NCBI RefSeq assembly: GCF_963921235.1
Contig: NC_086101.1
Location: 8,620,001-8,684,000, forward strand
Source: Mobula hypostoma
Taxonomy: Eukaryota
Direction: 5' to 3'
Length of the DNA stretch: 64,000 nucleotides
In this document: piece by piece, positions 51,633-64,000 of the stretch
Layout: each line of letters opens with the position of its first letter
How positions within the stretch are numbered: position 1 is the first letter of the stretch
The notes under the pieces: model-generated
What the model was told of the DNA's origin: nothing
Database searches by the model: none
The model's input: only the letters and a program-made list of their open reading frames with translations
Program-made: the position numbers and the translations under genes

Positions 51633-54489
51633 GAGGAACAGCGGATGCCCGCGGTGTGTGCGTCTCATTCGTTAGCTCATGGATAGCAGGCATTGTCCAC
51701 GGGTCCCAGTGTGTATTCATATAACCATATAACAATTACAGCACAGAAACTGGCCGTCTCGGCCCTTCTAGTCCGTGCCGAACTCTTACTGTCACCTAGT
51801 CCCACCGACCTGCACTCAGCCCATAACCCTCCATTCCTTTCCTGTCCATATATCTATCTAATTTAACTTTAAATGACAACATCGAACCTGTGTCAACCAC
51901 TTCTGCTGGAAAGAGGCTGGTGTGCTGGTAGGAGGTGGGGAAGAGGTCGGTACACTGGGGTGAGGTGGCAAGGGGAAGTGATTGGTGTGCCGGGGTGACG
52001 TTGGGGAGTGGGTCGGAGTTCTGTTCCAGAGAGAGTGCAGGGCAGGAAGACAATAAAGTACAAGGAACACTGTGGGTAAATAGAGAGATCTTCATGCTGG
52101 GGGACCATTCACTGGTCTTATTACAGTGGGGTAGAAGCTGTCCTTGAGCCTGGTTGCAATATCCAGCTGAGATGCACCCAGACAGAATACTTTCTATGAT
52201 GCACTGATAAAAATTGGTGAGAGTCAATGGGGACATGCTGAAACTCTCTAGTCTTTAGCGTCCTGGGAGAGTAGAGGGATTGGTGAGCTTTCTTGGCTGT
52301 GACATCAATATGGGTGGACCAGCTCTGGCTATTCACACCCGGAACATAAAGCTCTCACCCCTCTCAAACTCAACACCTTTGATGTGGACAGTAGCTTGTG
52401 CATCCCACCCCACACCACCCCCTCCCTGAGGTCCATGACCAGCTTTTTCGTTTTGCTGACATTAAGGGAAATGTTACCATGTCACTAAGCTCTCTATTTC
52501 ATTCCAACTCCTTGTTATTTGTGATGTGGTGGTATCATCTACAAGCTTACAGACTGAGGTAGCACAGAATCTGGACACGCAAGTGTGAGTGGACAAGGAC
52601 GAGGGGAGAGGGCTAAGGACACAACTGTACAGAGCACCAGTATGTTGAGACACAAGAGAATGGAAGAACTGCAGTCCTGAACGAGAGTCTCAACCTGAAA
52701 CTCTTTATTCCTCTCCAGATCTGTTCTGTTGAGTTCCTCCAAAATTTTCTGTGTGTTGCTCTGGATTTCCAGCATCTGCAGAATCTCGTGTTTCTCATGT
52801 ACCTGAGTTAGTCCCATTTGCTCACATTGACCTCTATCCCTCTAAACCTTTCACATTCATGTACTTGTAGCACTGCAGCACAGAAACAGGCCCTTCAGCC
52901 CATTTAGTCTCTGCCTCTGCTGACTCTATCTACCTGTAGCTAGGCCATCTTCCTCCACAGTCTTCCTATCCATGTACCTATCCCAATTTCTCTCAAATAC
53001 TACAATCAAACCAGCATCCACCACTTCTGCTGGCCACTCATTCCACACTCTCTGTGAACAAGTTTCCCTGCAGGTTCCCCTTAAATATTTCACCTTTCAC
53101 CCTTAACCTATGACCTCTAGTTCCAATATATTCCTTACTCTAATATATTCCTTACTCCAATATATTCCTCACCCTTTTCATTTTCTATACTTCTGTAAGT
53201 ATCTCCTCTTTCACTTGCATGCCAGGGAATAAAGCTCTAACCTGTTCAAGTCCTGGCAACATCCCTGTAAATGTTTGCAGCTCTCTTTCAAGCTTATAGA
53301 TAGCCTTCTTTCAAGCGTATTCATAAAGCAAAGCATTGATTTGGGATGTAATGTTGAAGGTGTGTACGATATCTCTGAGGCCAAATTTAAAGTACTATGT
53401 GCGGTTCTGGTCACAGACTAGTACTGCACATGATACTTTAAACTTCGTCTCACAAGTATCCTATAGATCTTCAACATTACATCCCAAATTGATGCATTGC
53501 TTCATGAAGACCAATGTTCCAGACTCTCTCTTTATGACCTTATCTGTGATGCCACGTTCAAGGAATTAGAGATCTATATTCCAAAATCCTTCTGTTCTAC
53601 CACATACCTCAGAGCATGACCTTTCACTGTGTAAGTTCTACCCTGCTTTGTCCTCCCAAAGGGCAACACCTCACACTTATCTGCATTAAATTCCATCTGC
53701 CATTTTTTCAGCCCATTTTCCCAGCTGGTCCAGATCCCTCTGCAAGCTTTGATGACCTTCCTCACCGTCCACCAGTGTTGGTGTCATCTGCAAATTTGCT
53801 AATCCAGTTTACCCCATAGCCAATGAAATCATTAATATAGATGATAAATCAAAATGGACCCAACACCAATCCTATTGGCACACCACTAGTCACAGGTCAA
53901 AGAGTCAGACATCCACTGCCACTCCCTGGCTTCACTCACTGAGCCAAAGTTAAATGCCAAAGTCTTCTAAATGTTATAATTGTACCTGCCTCAACCACTT
54001 CCTCTGGCAGCCTCTGCATGTATGTACCATTCTCAGTATGTATTTCCTGCCATCGGTGTATTTTACCAACAGAAAAATCTGCTGGAGGAACTCGGTGGGT
54101 CGAGCAGCATCTGTGGGTGGAGAGGAATTGTCAACATTTCGGGACAGGTTGCAGGTTTCAGTCTGAAATTCTGACATTTCCCAATCTGGATGCATCACGG
54201 CTGCTCTGCTCGAGACGGGAAGAATCTGCAGGGAGTTGCGGACACAGCTCAGCACATCAGAGGAACCATCCTCCTTCTCCATGGACTCTGTTTGCCCTTC
54301 TCCTCTCCCCCTCCCATCACGCAGAAGATATGAAATCCTGAAAGTGGGTACCACCTGGCCTAAGGACAGCATCTATCGTGGTTTTATAAGATGATTGAAC
54401 AGTCCCTGAGGACAATAAGATAGATTCTTGATCTCACAATGTGATTTGCACTCAGGTTCCCTTGAAATCTTTCCCCTCTCATCTTATCC

Positions 54490-55010
54490 ATTAGACCATC
54501 AGACATAGGAGCAGAATTAGGCCATTTGGCCCATCGAGTCTGCTCTGCCTTTCAATCATGGCTGATCCGTTTTTTTCTCCTCCGGAACCCCAGTTCCCAG
54601 CCTTCTCCCGGTAATGTTTGATATGTCCAGTCAAGAGCCTATCAATCTCTTCCTTAAATACACCCAGTGGCTTCCACAGCTGCACGTGCCAACAAATTCC
54701 ACAAATTCACCACCCTTTGGCTGAAGAAATTTCTCCGCATCTCTGTTTTGAAAGTGCATCTCTCTATCCTGAGGCTGTGCCCTCTTGTCCTAGACTCTCC
54801 CACCATGGGAAATAACCTTTCCACATCTACTCTGTCTAGGCCTTTCAACATTTGAAAGGTTTCAATCAGAACCCCCCTCATCCTTCCGAATTCCAGTGAG
54901 TACAGACGCAGAGCCATCAAACGTTCTTCATATGGTAACCCTTTCATTTCTGGAATCATACTTATGAACCTCTTCTGGACCCTCTCCAATGCTAGCACAT
55001 CTTTTCTAAG
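54490..55010 (-). mobile_element. CR1 3' fragment
   Basis: Encodes LERVQKRFISMIP...[11 protein letters not shown]. Confidence 0.85.
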
Positions 55011-55011
55011 A

Positions 55012-55822
55012 GGATAAATGTGAGGTTATCCACTTTGGTGGCAAAAACAGAAAAGCAGATTATTATCAGAATGGTGGCCGATTAGGAAAAGGGGAGGTGC
55101 AACGAGACCTGGGTGTCATTATACACCAGTCATTGAAAGTGGGCATGCAGGTACAGCAGGCAGTGAAAAAGGTGAATGGTATGCTGGCATTCATAGCAAG
55201 AGGATTCGAGTACAGGAGCAGGGAGGTACTACTGCAGTTGTACAAGGCCTTGGTGAGACCACACGTGGAGTATTGTGTGCAGTTTTGGTCCCCTAATCTG
55301 AGGAAAGACATCCTTGCCATAGAGGGAGTACAAAGAAGGTTCACCAGATTGATTCCTGGGATGGCAGGACTTTCATATGATGAAAGACTGGATCAACTAG
55401 GCTTATACTTGTTGGAATTTAGAAGATTGAGGGGGGATCTTATTGAAACCTATAAAATCCTAAAGGGATTGGACAGGCTAGATGCAGGAAGATTGTTCCC
55501 GATGTTGGGGAAGTCCAGAACAAGGGGTCACAGTTTGAAGATAAAGGGGAAGCCTTTTAAGATCGAGATTTGGAAAAACTTCTTCACACAGAGAGTGGTG
55601 AATCTGTGGAATTCTCTGCCACAGGAAACAGTTGGGGCCAGTTCATTGGTGATATTTAAGAGGGAGTTAGATATGGCCCTTGTGGGTAAAGGGATCAGGG
55701 GGTATGGAGGGAAGGCTGGTACAGGGTTCTGAGTTGGATGATCAGCCATGATCATACTGAATGGCGGTGCAGGCTCGAAGGGCCAAATGGCCTACTCCTG
55801 CACCTATTTTTTCTATGTCTAT
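55012..55822 (+). mobile_element. CR1 3' fragment (young subfamily)
   Basis: 211-aa ORF matching the ORF2 C-terminus of the 40-kb copy, plus tail. Confidence 0.9.
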
Positions 55823-56819
55823 ATTCTGTTTGGGTAGCGTCCAACTTGATGGCATGAACATTGATTTCTCAAACTTCCGGTAATGTCACCCTCACCCTGC
55901 ACCATTCCCCATCCTCTTTTCCCTCTCTCATGTTATCTCCTTGCCCACCCATCACCTCCCTCTGGTGCTTTCCCCCTCCCCCTTTTCTTTCTTTTATGGC
56001 CTTCTGTTTCTTTCACCAACAAAATTAATATCCTGACAAAATTAATTTCTGCTGACGAAAGCCAATTGACCACAATCTCCAATTCAACCGTCATTGCCAC
56101 ACATCAACAAAAGGACCCTCCGCACCAGACACACTCACGGCAGGTGACTGTAACTGGATGATACCGAGCATTTCAAGGGATTTTAGACGTGAGATTCACA
56201 GAAACCATCACCAGCTCAGTCGCTCATTCCTGGGAAGGTTGCACATTGCTCTGTGATGTACAAATATTGTGGGAGGCCAACTTAGAGAAAAAAATAGGCA
56301 GGACGGCTTCAATCAGTTCTGAGCTGGTGGTAAACGTTGCCACCATCTGTTTGAAATCTATCACTGCCCAATCCGTGTCTGTGTACTTTCACTGAATCAA
56401 AGTTGCTCTCCACCACCACGACTCTCCTCTGTCTGGTGGAACTGGTCCTCACACCCAACAACTTCCCTTTCAGCTCCTCCGATTTTCTCTAAACGTAAGG
56501 CGTAGCAACAGACTTTCACATGTCCTCAGCTAAGCCTGCCTTTTAGACAGCTAAATCCATGTTCCAAGCCTTTCTTGGCTAAACTCCTGCAGTACCGCAA
56601 TTGTCTACCAGAAGCGCTGCAGTTTCAGGAATGAACGTCGGCTGTTGTAAATGTTCGATGGGAAGATGTCCTGGCTTCTTCAGTTAATCTCAAGTGACGG
56701 AAGGATCAGAAAGACAACAAACATTAAAAATCAATGGACCCAGCAAGAAGGGCTTGTCACAGTTTGTTCAGGAGAGAAAGGAACAATCGGGACTTTAAAC
56801 CTCGGTGAACTGTAGATTC

Positions 56820-58967
56820 AGAGTAATTGGGAAGGTACTGAAAATACCTGTCGACCAACTCGGTGGAGAGTTCAAGGTCATCTTCAACCTCTTGCTGCTG
56901 CAGTCAGAGGTTCGCACCTGTTTCACAAGGGCTTCCATCACCGTGCCCAGGAAGAGCAGGGTGAACGGCCCCGAGGACTATCCTCCAGTGGCACTCACAT
57001 CAGCTGTGATGAAGTGCATTGAGATGTTGGTCACAATTGCTACTGCCTGAGCAAGGCTGCAGTTTGCCTATTGTCACAATAGGTCTAGAGCCATCCAATC
57101 TCACTGGTTCTCCTCTCGGCTTTACAACACCCAGGCAACCACAATATCTACCTCAGGCTGTTGTTATATATTACAGCTCAACTTCAACATCGTCATCCCC
57201 TCAGTACTAATAAAGAGCTTCGAAGCCTAGGCTTTCGTACCTCTCTCTGCAACTGCATCCTTGACATCCTTAGCAGGATAACACGGTCAGTGCAGATCAG
57301 TGATAGTATCTCCATCTCCAGCTCACTGATAACCTACTCTGGCACCTCAAGGATGCTAAGCCCACTGCTCGACACTCCCTACACCCATCATGTGGCGCAG
57401 CTCAGGTGCCATTTATAAATACTCTGGTGTCAACACGGGTGTTAGTAGGATCTCAGATGTTGATGAGGAGTTTTCAGATTTATGGGCTGACAGACGTCAG
57501 GAAGGGGAAATCGGGAGAACACACACTGGTCCTCATTGAGGGTTCAGGGGAGGGAAGGGTGAGCAGCTTCAAGTTCCCAGGAACCAACACATTGATAACG
57601 ACCGATCTTGGGCCACACACATTGATAACGATCTATCCTGGGCCACACACATCGATAAAGATCGATCCTGGGCCACACACATTGATAACGATCGATCCTG
57701 GGCCACACACATCCATAAAGGTCGATCCTGGGCCACACACATTGATAAAGGTCGATCCTGGGCCACACACATTGATAAAGATCTATCCTGGGCCACACAC
57801 ATTGATAAAGATCGATCCTGGGCCACACACATTGATAAAGGTCGATCCTGGGCCACACACATTGATAAAGGTTGATCCTGGGCCACACACTTTGATAAAA
57901 ATCTATCCTGGGTCACACACATCGATAAAGATCTATCCTGGGCCACACACATCGATAACGATCGATCCTGGGCCACACACATTGATAAAGGTCGATCCTG
58001 GGCCACACACATCGATAAAGATCTAGCCTGGGCCACACACATTGATAGCGATCGATCCTGGGCCACACACATTGATAAAGATCTATCCTGGGCCACACAC
58101 ATTGATAAAGGTCGATCCTGGGCCACACACATTGATAAAGGTCGATCCTGGGCCACACACTTTGATAAAGATCTATCCTGGGCCACACACATCGATAAAG
58201 CTCTATCCTGGGCCACACACATTGATAACGATCAATCCTGGGCCACACACATCGATAAAGATCGATCTTGGGTCACACACATTGATAAAGGTCGATCCTG
58301 GGCCACACACATTGATAAAGGTCGATCCTGGGCCACACACTTTGATAAAGATCTATCCTGGGCCACACACGTCGATAAAGATCTATCCTGGGCCACACAC
58401 ATTGATAACGATCAATCCTGGGCCACACACATCGATAAAGATCTATCCTGGGCCACACACATTGATAACGATCAATCCTGGGCCACACACATCGATAAAG
58501 ATCTATCCTGGGTCACACACATCGATAAAGATCAATCCTGGGCCACACACATCGATAAAGATCGATCTTGGGTCACACACGTCGATAAAGATCGATCCTG
58601 GGCCACACACATCGATAAAGATCTATCCTGGGTCACACACATTGATAAAGATCTATCCTGGGCCACACACATTGATACAATTACAGAATAACACACGGCA
58701 GCGGCTACCCTTTATTTGGAGTTTCACGAGGTTTGGTTCGTCCCCACTTATGTAAATTTCTGCAGGTGTACGGTAGAGAGCAGTTGGGTCAACTGTGCAG
58801 GATCGAAAGAGGCTGCAGAGAGTTATAGACTCATCAGATCAGAGGCACAGACCTTCCCACTCCCGAGGAAATCTTTAAAAGGGCATCCATCAGGAGGGGC
58901 CTCACTATCCAGGATATAGCTTCTTCTCATTACTGCCGTCAGAGTGGAGATACAGAAGCCTGAAGAC
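56820..58967 (+). mobile_element. Degenerate Rex1/Babar-like LINE containing the 30-bp minisatellite
   Basis: Remnants DYPPVALTSAVMKC, SLCNCILD, SSFKF and FCRCTVESS occur in the expected order. Confidence 0.7.
57586..58676. repeat. 30-bp minisatellite, ~36 copies (ATCGATCCTGGGCCACACACATTGATAAAG)
   Basis: Strict 30-nt period with point variants. Confidence 0.98.
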
Positions 58968-60660
58968 ATGGAAACATAGAAAACCCACAGCACAATACAG
59001 GCCCTTCGGTCCACAAAGCTGTACCAAACTTGTCCTGACCTTAGAACGACCTAGGCTTACCCATAGCCCTCTATTTTTCTAAGCTCCATGTACCCATCCA
59101 GGAGTCTCTTAAAAGACCCTATCGTTTCCCCTCCACCGCCAGCGCCAGCAGCCCATTGTACGCACTCACCACTCTGCATAAAAAACTTACCCGACATCTC
59201 TTCTGTACCTACTTCCAAGCACCTTAAAACTATGCCATCTTGTGCTAGCCATTTCAGCCCTGGTAAAAAACCTCTTACTATCCACACGATCCTCTCATTA
59301 TCTTCAGTACTCACTACAGAAAAGGATCTTGACGATTGTAGGGATGACTTACAGTGGACTGAAAAGCTTGAGCATTTAGATATCAAGGCAGAGGATGTGC
59401 TGGAGCTTTTGGAAAGCATCAAGTTGGATAAGTCACCGGGACCGGACGGGATGTACCCCAGGCTACTGTGGGAAGCGAGGGAGGAGGTTGCTGAGCCTCT
59501 GGCGATGATTTTTGCATCATCAATGAGGAAGGGAGAGGTTCCGGAGGATTGGAGGGCTGCGGATGTTGTTCCCTTATTCAAGAAAGGGAGTAGAGATAGC
59601 CCAGGAAACTATAGACCAGTGAGTCTTACTTCAGTGGTTGGTAAGTTGATGGAGGAGATCCTGAGAGGCAGGATTTATTAACATTTGGAGAGACATAATA
59701 TGATTAGAAATTGTCAGCATGGCTTTGTCAAAGGCAGGTCATGCCTCACGAGCCTGACTGAATTTTTTGAGAATGTGACTAAATACATTGATGAAGGTAG
59801 AGCCATAGATATAGTGTATATGGATTTTATCAAGGCATTTGATAAGGTACCCCATGCAAGGCTTATTGAGAAAGTAAGGAGGTATGGGATCCAAGGGGAC
59901 ACTTGCCCACAGAAGACAGAGTGTTTGTAGACGGGTCATATTCTGCTTGGAGTTCGGTGACCAGTGATGTGCCTCAGGGATCTGTTCTGCGTCCCCTTAC
60001 TCTTCATGATTTTTATCAATGACCTGGATGAGGAAGTGGAGGGATGGGTTAGTAAATTTGTTGATGACACAAAGGTTCGGGGTGTTGTGGATGGTGTGGA
60101 GGGATGTCAGAAGTTACAGCGCGACATCGATAGGATGCAAAACTGGCTGAGAAATGGCAGATGGAGTTCAACCCAGATAAGTGTGAGGTGGTTCATTTTG
60201 GTAGGTCAAATATGATGGCAGAATATAGCATTAATGGTAATATTCTTGGCAGTGTGGACGATCAGAGTGATCTTGGGGTCCCAGTCCATAGGACACTCAA
60301 AGCCTCTGTGCAGTTTGACTCTGTGGTTAAGAAGGCGTACAGTGCATTGGCCTTCATCAATTGTGGGAATGAGTTAAGAGCCGAGAGGTAATGTTGCAGC
60401 TATATAGGACCCTGGTCAGACCCCACTTGGAGTACTGTGCTCATTTCTGGTCGTCTCACTACAGGAATGATGTGGAAACCATAGAAATGGTGCAGAGGAG
60501 ATTTATAAGGATGTTGCAAGGAGTGAACTTGGCCTTTTCTCCTTAGAGCAACGAAGGATTGAGGTGTGATCTGACAGAGGTGTGTACAGGATGATGAGAG
60601 GCATTGATCGTGTGGATCAATGTAGTCAGAGGCTTTTTCCCAGGGCTAAAATGGCCAGCA
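58968..60660. mobile_element. CR1 with inverted halves (3' end on -, RT region on +)
   Basis: 58968-59290 is the minus-strand tail and C-terminus. About 59297-60660 is plus-strand DKSPGPDG...NYRPVSLTS...FVDDTK. Confidence 0.8.
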
Positions 60661-63440
60661 CAATAGACAATAGGTGCAGGAGTAGGTCATTCAGCCCTTC
60701 GAGCCAGCACCGCCTTTCACTGTGATCATGGCTGATCATCCACTATCAGTATCCAGTTCCTGCCTTATCCCCATAACCTTTGATTCCACTATCTTTAAGA
60801 GCTCTACCCATCTTTTTTTTGAAAGCATCCGGACACTTGGCCTCCACAGCCTTCTGGGGCAGAGCATTTCATATATCCACCACCCTCTGAGTGAAAAAGT
60901 GTTTCCTCAACTCCGTTCTAAATGCCTACCCCTAATTCTTAAACTGTGGCCTCTGGTTCTGGACTCACCCATCAGCGGGAACATGCTTCCTGCCTGCACA
61001 ATGTCCAATCCCTTAATAATCTTACATGTTTCAATAAGATCCTCTCTCAGCCTTCTAAATTCCAGAGTATACAAGCCCAGTCGCTCCAATCTTTTGACAT
61101 ATGACAGTCCAACCATCCCGGGAATTAACCTTGTGAACCAACGCTGCACTCCCTCAATAGCAAGAATGTCCTTCCTCAAGTTTGGAGACCAAAACTGCAC
61201 ACAGTACTCCAGGTGTGGTCTCACCATAGCCCTGTAGAGCTGCAGAAGGACTTCTTTGCTCTTATACTCAATTCCACTTGTTAAGAAGGCCAGCATGCCA
61301 TTAGCTTTTTTTTTTGTGACCATCGACCTCATCACTGTCCTGCAGGATTTCATAAATCACAATAATGTTAACCCTTAGCCTCATTTGCTTCAGGGAAAAC
61401 AGTCCAGGTCGATCCAGATTCTCCTGAAGGCCTTGAGCCCCGATAACATTCCCTTGAATCTTGTCTGCACACATTCCAGCTGAAAGTCATCCTTTCTACA
61501 GCTCGGTGACCAGAACTGCACCCAATAGGCCATCAGACCATAAGACAAAGGAGCAGATTAGGCCATCTGGCCCATCGAGTCTGCTCTGCCATTCAATCAT
61601 GGCTGATCCTTTTTTCACTTCTCCTCAACCCCAGAGTCCGACCTTCTCCCCGTATCCCTTGATGCCAAGAACCTATCAATCTCTTCCTTAACTACATCCA
61701 ATGACCTGGCCTCCACAGCTGCATGTGGCAACAAATTCCACAAATTCACCTCCCTCTGGGAAAAGACATTTCTCCACATCTCTGTATCCAAAGGCTGCCC
61801 TCCATCCTGAGGCTGTGCCCTCTTGTCCTAGACTCTCCCACCATGGGAAACATCTTTTCCAAATCTACTCTGTCTCAGCCTTTCAACATTCGTAAAGTTT
61901 CACTGAAATTCCTCCTCATCTTTCTGAATTCCAGTGAGTACAGTCCCAGGCCATCAAACATTCCTCGTGTGATAACCCTTTCATTCATGGAATCACCGTT
62001 GTGAACCTCATCTGGACTCTCTCCAATGCCAGCACATCTTTTCGTAGATGAGGGCCCAAACCTGTTAACAATTCTCAAGGTGAGGCCTCACCAGTGCTTT
62101 ATAAAGCCTCAGCATCACATCCTTGCTCTTGTATTCTAGACCTCTTGAAATGAATGCTAACATGGCATTTGCCTTCCTCACCACCGACTCGACCTGCAAG
62201 TAAACCTTTCGGGATTTCTGCACCAGGACTCCCAAGACCCTTCGCACCTCAGATTTTTGGATTTTCTCCCCATTTAGAAAATAGTCCATACATTTATTTC
62301 TACTACCAAAGTGCATGACCATGCATTTTCCAACATTGTATTTCATTTGTCACTTTCTTGCCCATTCTCCTAATCTGTCTAAGTCCTTCTGCAGCCTCCT
62401 GTTTCCTCAACACTACCGGCCCCTCCACCAAACTTTGTACCATCTGCAAACCTGGCAACAAAGCCATCTATTCTATCATCTAACAACAGGAATTCTGCAG
62501 ATGCCGGAAACCCAAGCAACATACATCAAAGTTGCTGGTGAACGCAGCAGGCCAGGCAGCATCTATAGGAAGAGGCGCAGTCGACGTTTCAGGCCGAGAC
62601 CCTTCGTCAGGACTTTCTATCATCTACGTCATTTGTATTCAGCATAAAAAGTGGTCCCGACACAGAACATGTGGAACAACACTTGTCACTGGCAGCCAAC
62701 CAGAAAAGGGTCCTTTTATTCCCACTCACTGCTTCCTACCAATCAGCCAATGCTCTAAACATGTTAGTAACTTTCCTGTCTTACCATGCGCTCTTAACTT
62801 GGTAAGCAACCTCATGTGTGGTACCTTGTCAAAGGCCTTCTGAAAATCCAAATATATAACATCCACTGCATCACCTTTGTCTATCCTACTTGTAAACTCC
62901 TCAAAGTATTCCAACAAGTTTGTCAGGCAAGATTTTCCCTTGAGGAAACCATGTTGACTTTGACTTATCTTGTCCTGTGTCACCAAGCACTCCATCACCT
63001 CATCCTCAACAATTAACTCTAACATCTTCCCAACCACTGAGGTCAGGCTAACTGGTCTATAATTTCCTTTCTGCTGCCTTCCTCCTTTCTTGAAGAGTGA
63101 AGTGACATTTGCAATTTTTCTCTGACACCATACCAGAGTCCAATCATTTCTGCAAGGTCATGTCTAATGCCACCACAATCTCTAATGCTGCCTCTTTCAG
63201 AACCCGAGGGTGCAGTTCATCTGGTCTGGGTGATTTATGTACCTTTAGCTCTTTAAGCTTTTTGAGCACCTTCTCTTTTGTAACAGTAACTGCACCCACT
63301 TCTCTTCCATCACACACTACAACATCAGGCATACTGCTAGTGTCTTCATCAGCCATCTCCTTGTCCCCAGTTATTATTCCCCTGCCTCATTTTTAATGGT
63401 CCAATATCTACTCTTATTTCTCTTTTATTTTGAACATACT
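60660..63440 (-). mobile_element. Stack of minus-strand CR1 fragments (about 60660-61310 and 61530-63440)
   Basis: ORFs contain [29 protein letters not shown] and [12 protein letters not shown]. Confidence 0.85.
62579..62614 (-). ncRNA. Minimal type I hammerhead ribozyme motif
   Basis: Minus strand reads AGUC-CUGACGA-A-GGG(ucucgg)CCU-GAAA-CG-UC-GACU: intact core, stem I AGUC/GACU, 3-bp stem II, GUC cleavage triplet. Confidence 0.75.
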
Positions 63441-63471
63441 TGAAAAAACGTTCACTATCCACTTTGATATT

Positions 63472-64000
63472 AGCTTTAATAAGTCGAGGGATAGAGTTTA
63501 AGAGTCGCAATGTAATGATGCAGCTCTATAAAACTCTGGTTAGGCCACACTTGGAGTACTGTGTCCAGTTCTGGTCGCCTCACTATAGGAAGGATGTGGA
63601 AGCATTGGAAAGGGTACAGAGGAGATTTACCAGGATGCTGCCTGGTTTAGAAAGTATGCATTATGATCAGAGATTAAGGGAGCTAGGGCTTTACTCTTTG
63701 GAGAGAAGGAAGATGAGAGGAGGCATGATAGAGGTGTACAAGATAATAAGAGGAATAGATAGAGTGGATAGCCAGCGCTTCTTCCCCAGGGCACCACTGC
63801 TCAATACAAGAGGACATGGCTTTAAGGTAAGGGGTGGGAAATTCAAGGGGGATATTACAGGAAGGTTTTTTACTCAGAGAGTGGTTGGTGCGTGGTATGC
63901 ACTGCCTGAGTCAGTGGTGGAGGCAGATACACTAGTGAAGTTTAACAGACTACTAGCAGGTATATGAAGGAATTTAAGGTGGGGGTTTATATGGGAGGGA
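63472..64000 (+). mobile_element. CR1 3' fragment, second subfamily (runs off the window)
   Basis: Encodes [19 protein letters not shown]...[10 protein letters not shown]. Confidence 0.88.

Noticed and set aside
57586..58676. CRISPR-like array, or the repetitive ORFs (IDPGPHTLIK / MCVAQDRSLS)
   Set aside because: Units are contiguous with no unique spacers and there are no cas genes. The ORFs arise because the period is a multiple of three.

Overview
Eukaryotic, repeat-dominated genomic DNA. The repeat families (CR1 with (TTTCTATG)n tails, V-SINEs, Penelope fragments, Rex/Babar) suggest a cartilaginous fish, probably a ray; this is inference. One host gene can be built on the + strand: a TNF-superfamily type II membrane ligand. 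Its five phase-compatible GT-AG exons (6716-6916, 29159-29195, 30586-30681, 34740-34775, 48928-49334) give about 258 aa, preceded by a CpG-island promoter. Most of the rest is nested mobile DNA. This includes a young, near full-length CR1 LINE (40060-44489, -) whose ORF2 has no AUG and is in the -1 frame at a U_UUA_AAC slippery heptamer. There are also Penelope-derived units carrying minimal hammerhead ribozymes, a palindromic hAT-type MITE with captured Tc1 transposase sequence, HERO-, Vingi-, RTE- and Rex-like relics, and two minisatellites. No prokaryotic features were seen. Repeat boundaries are approximate unless a TSD is quoted.
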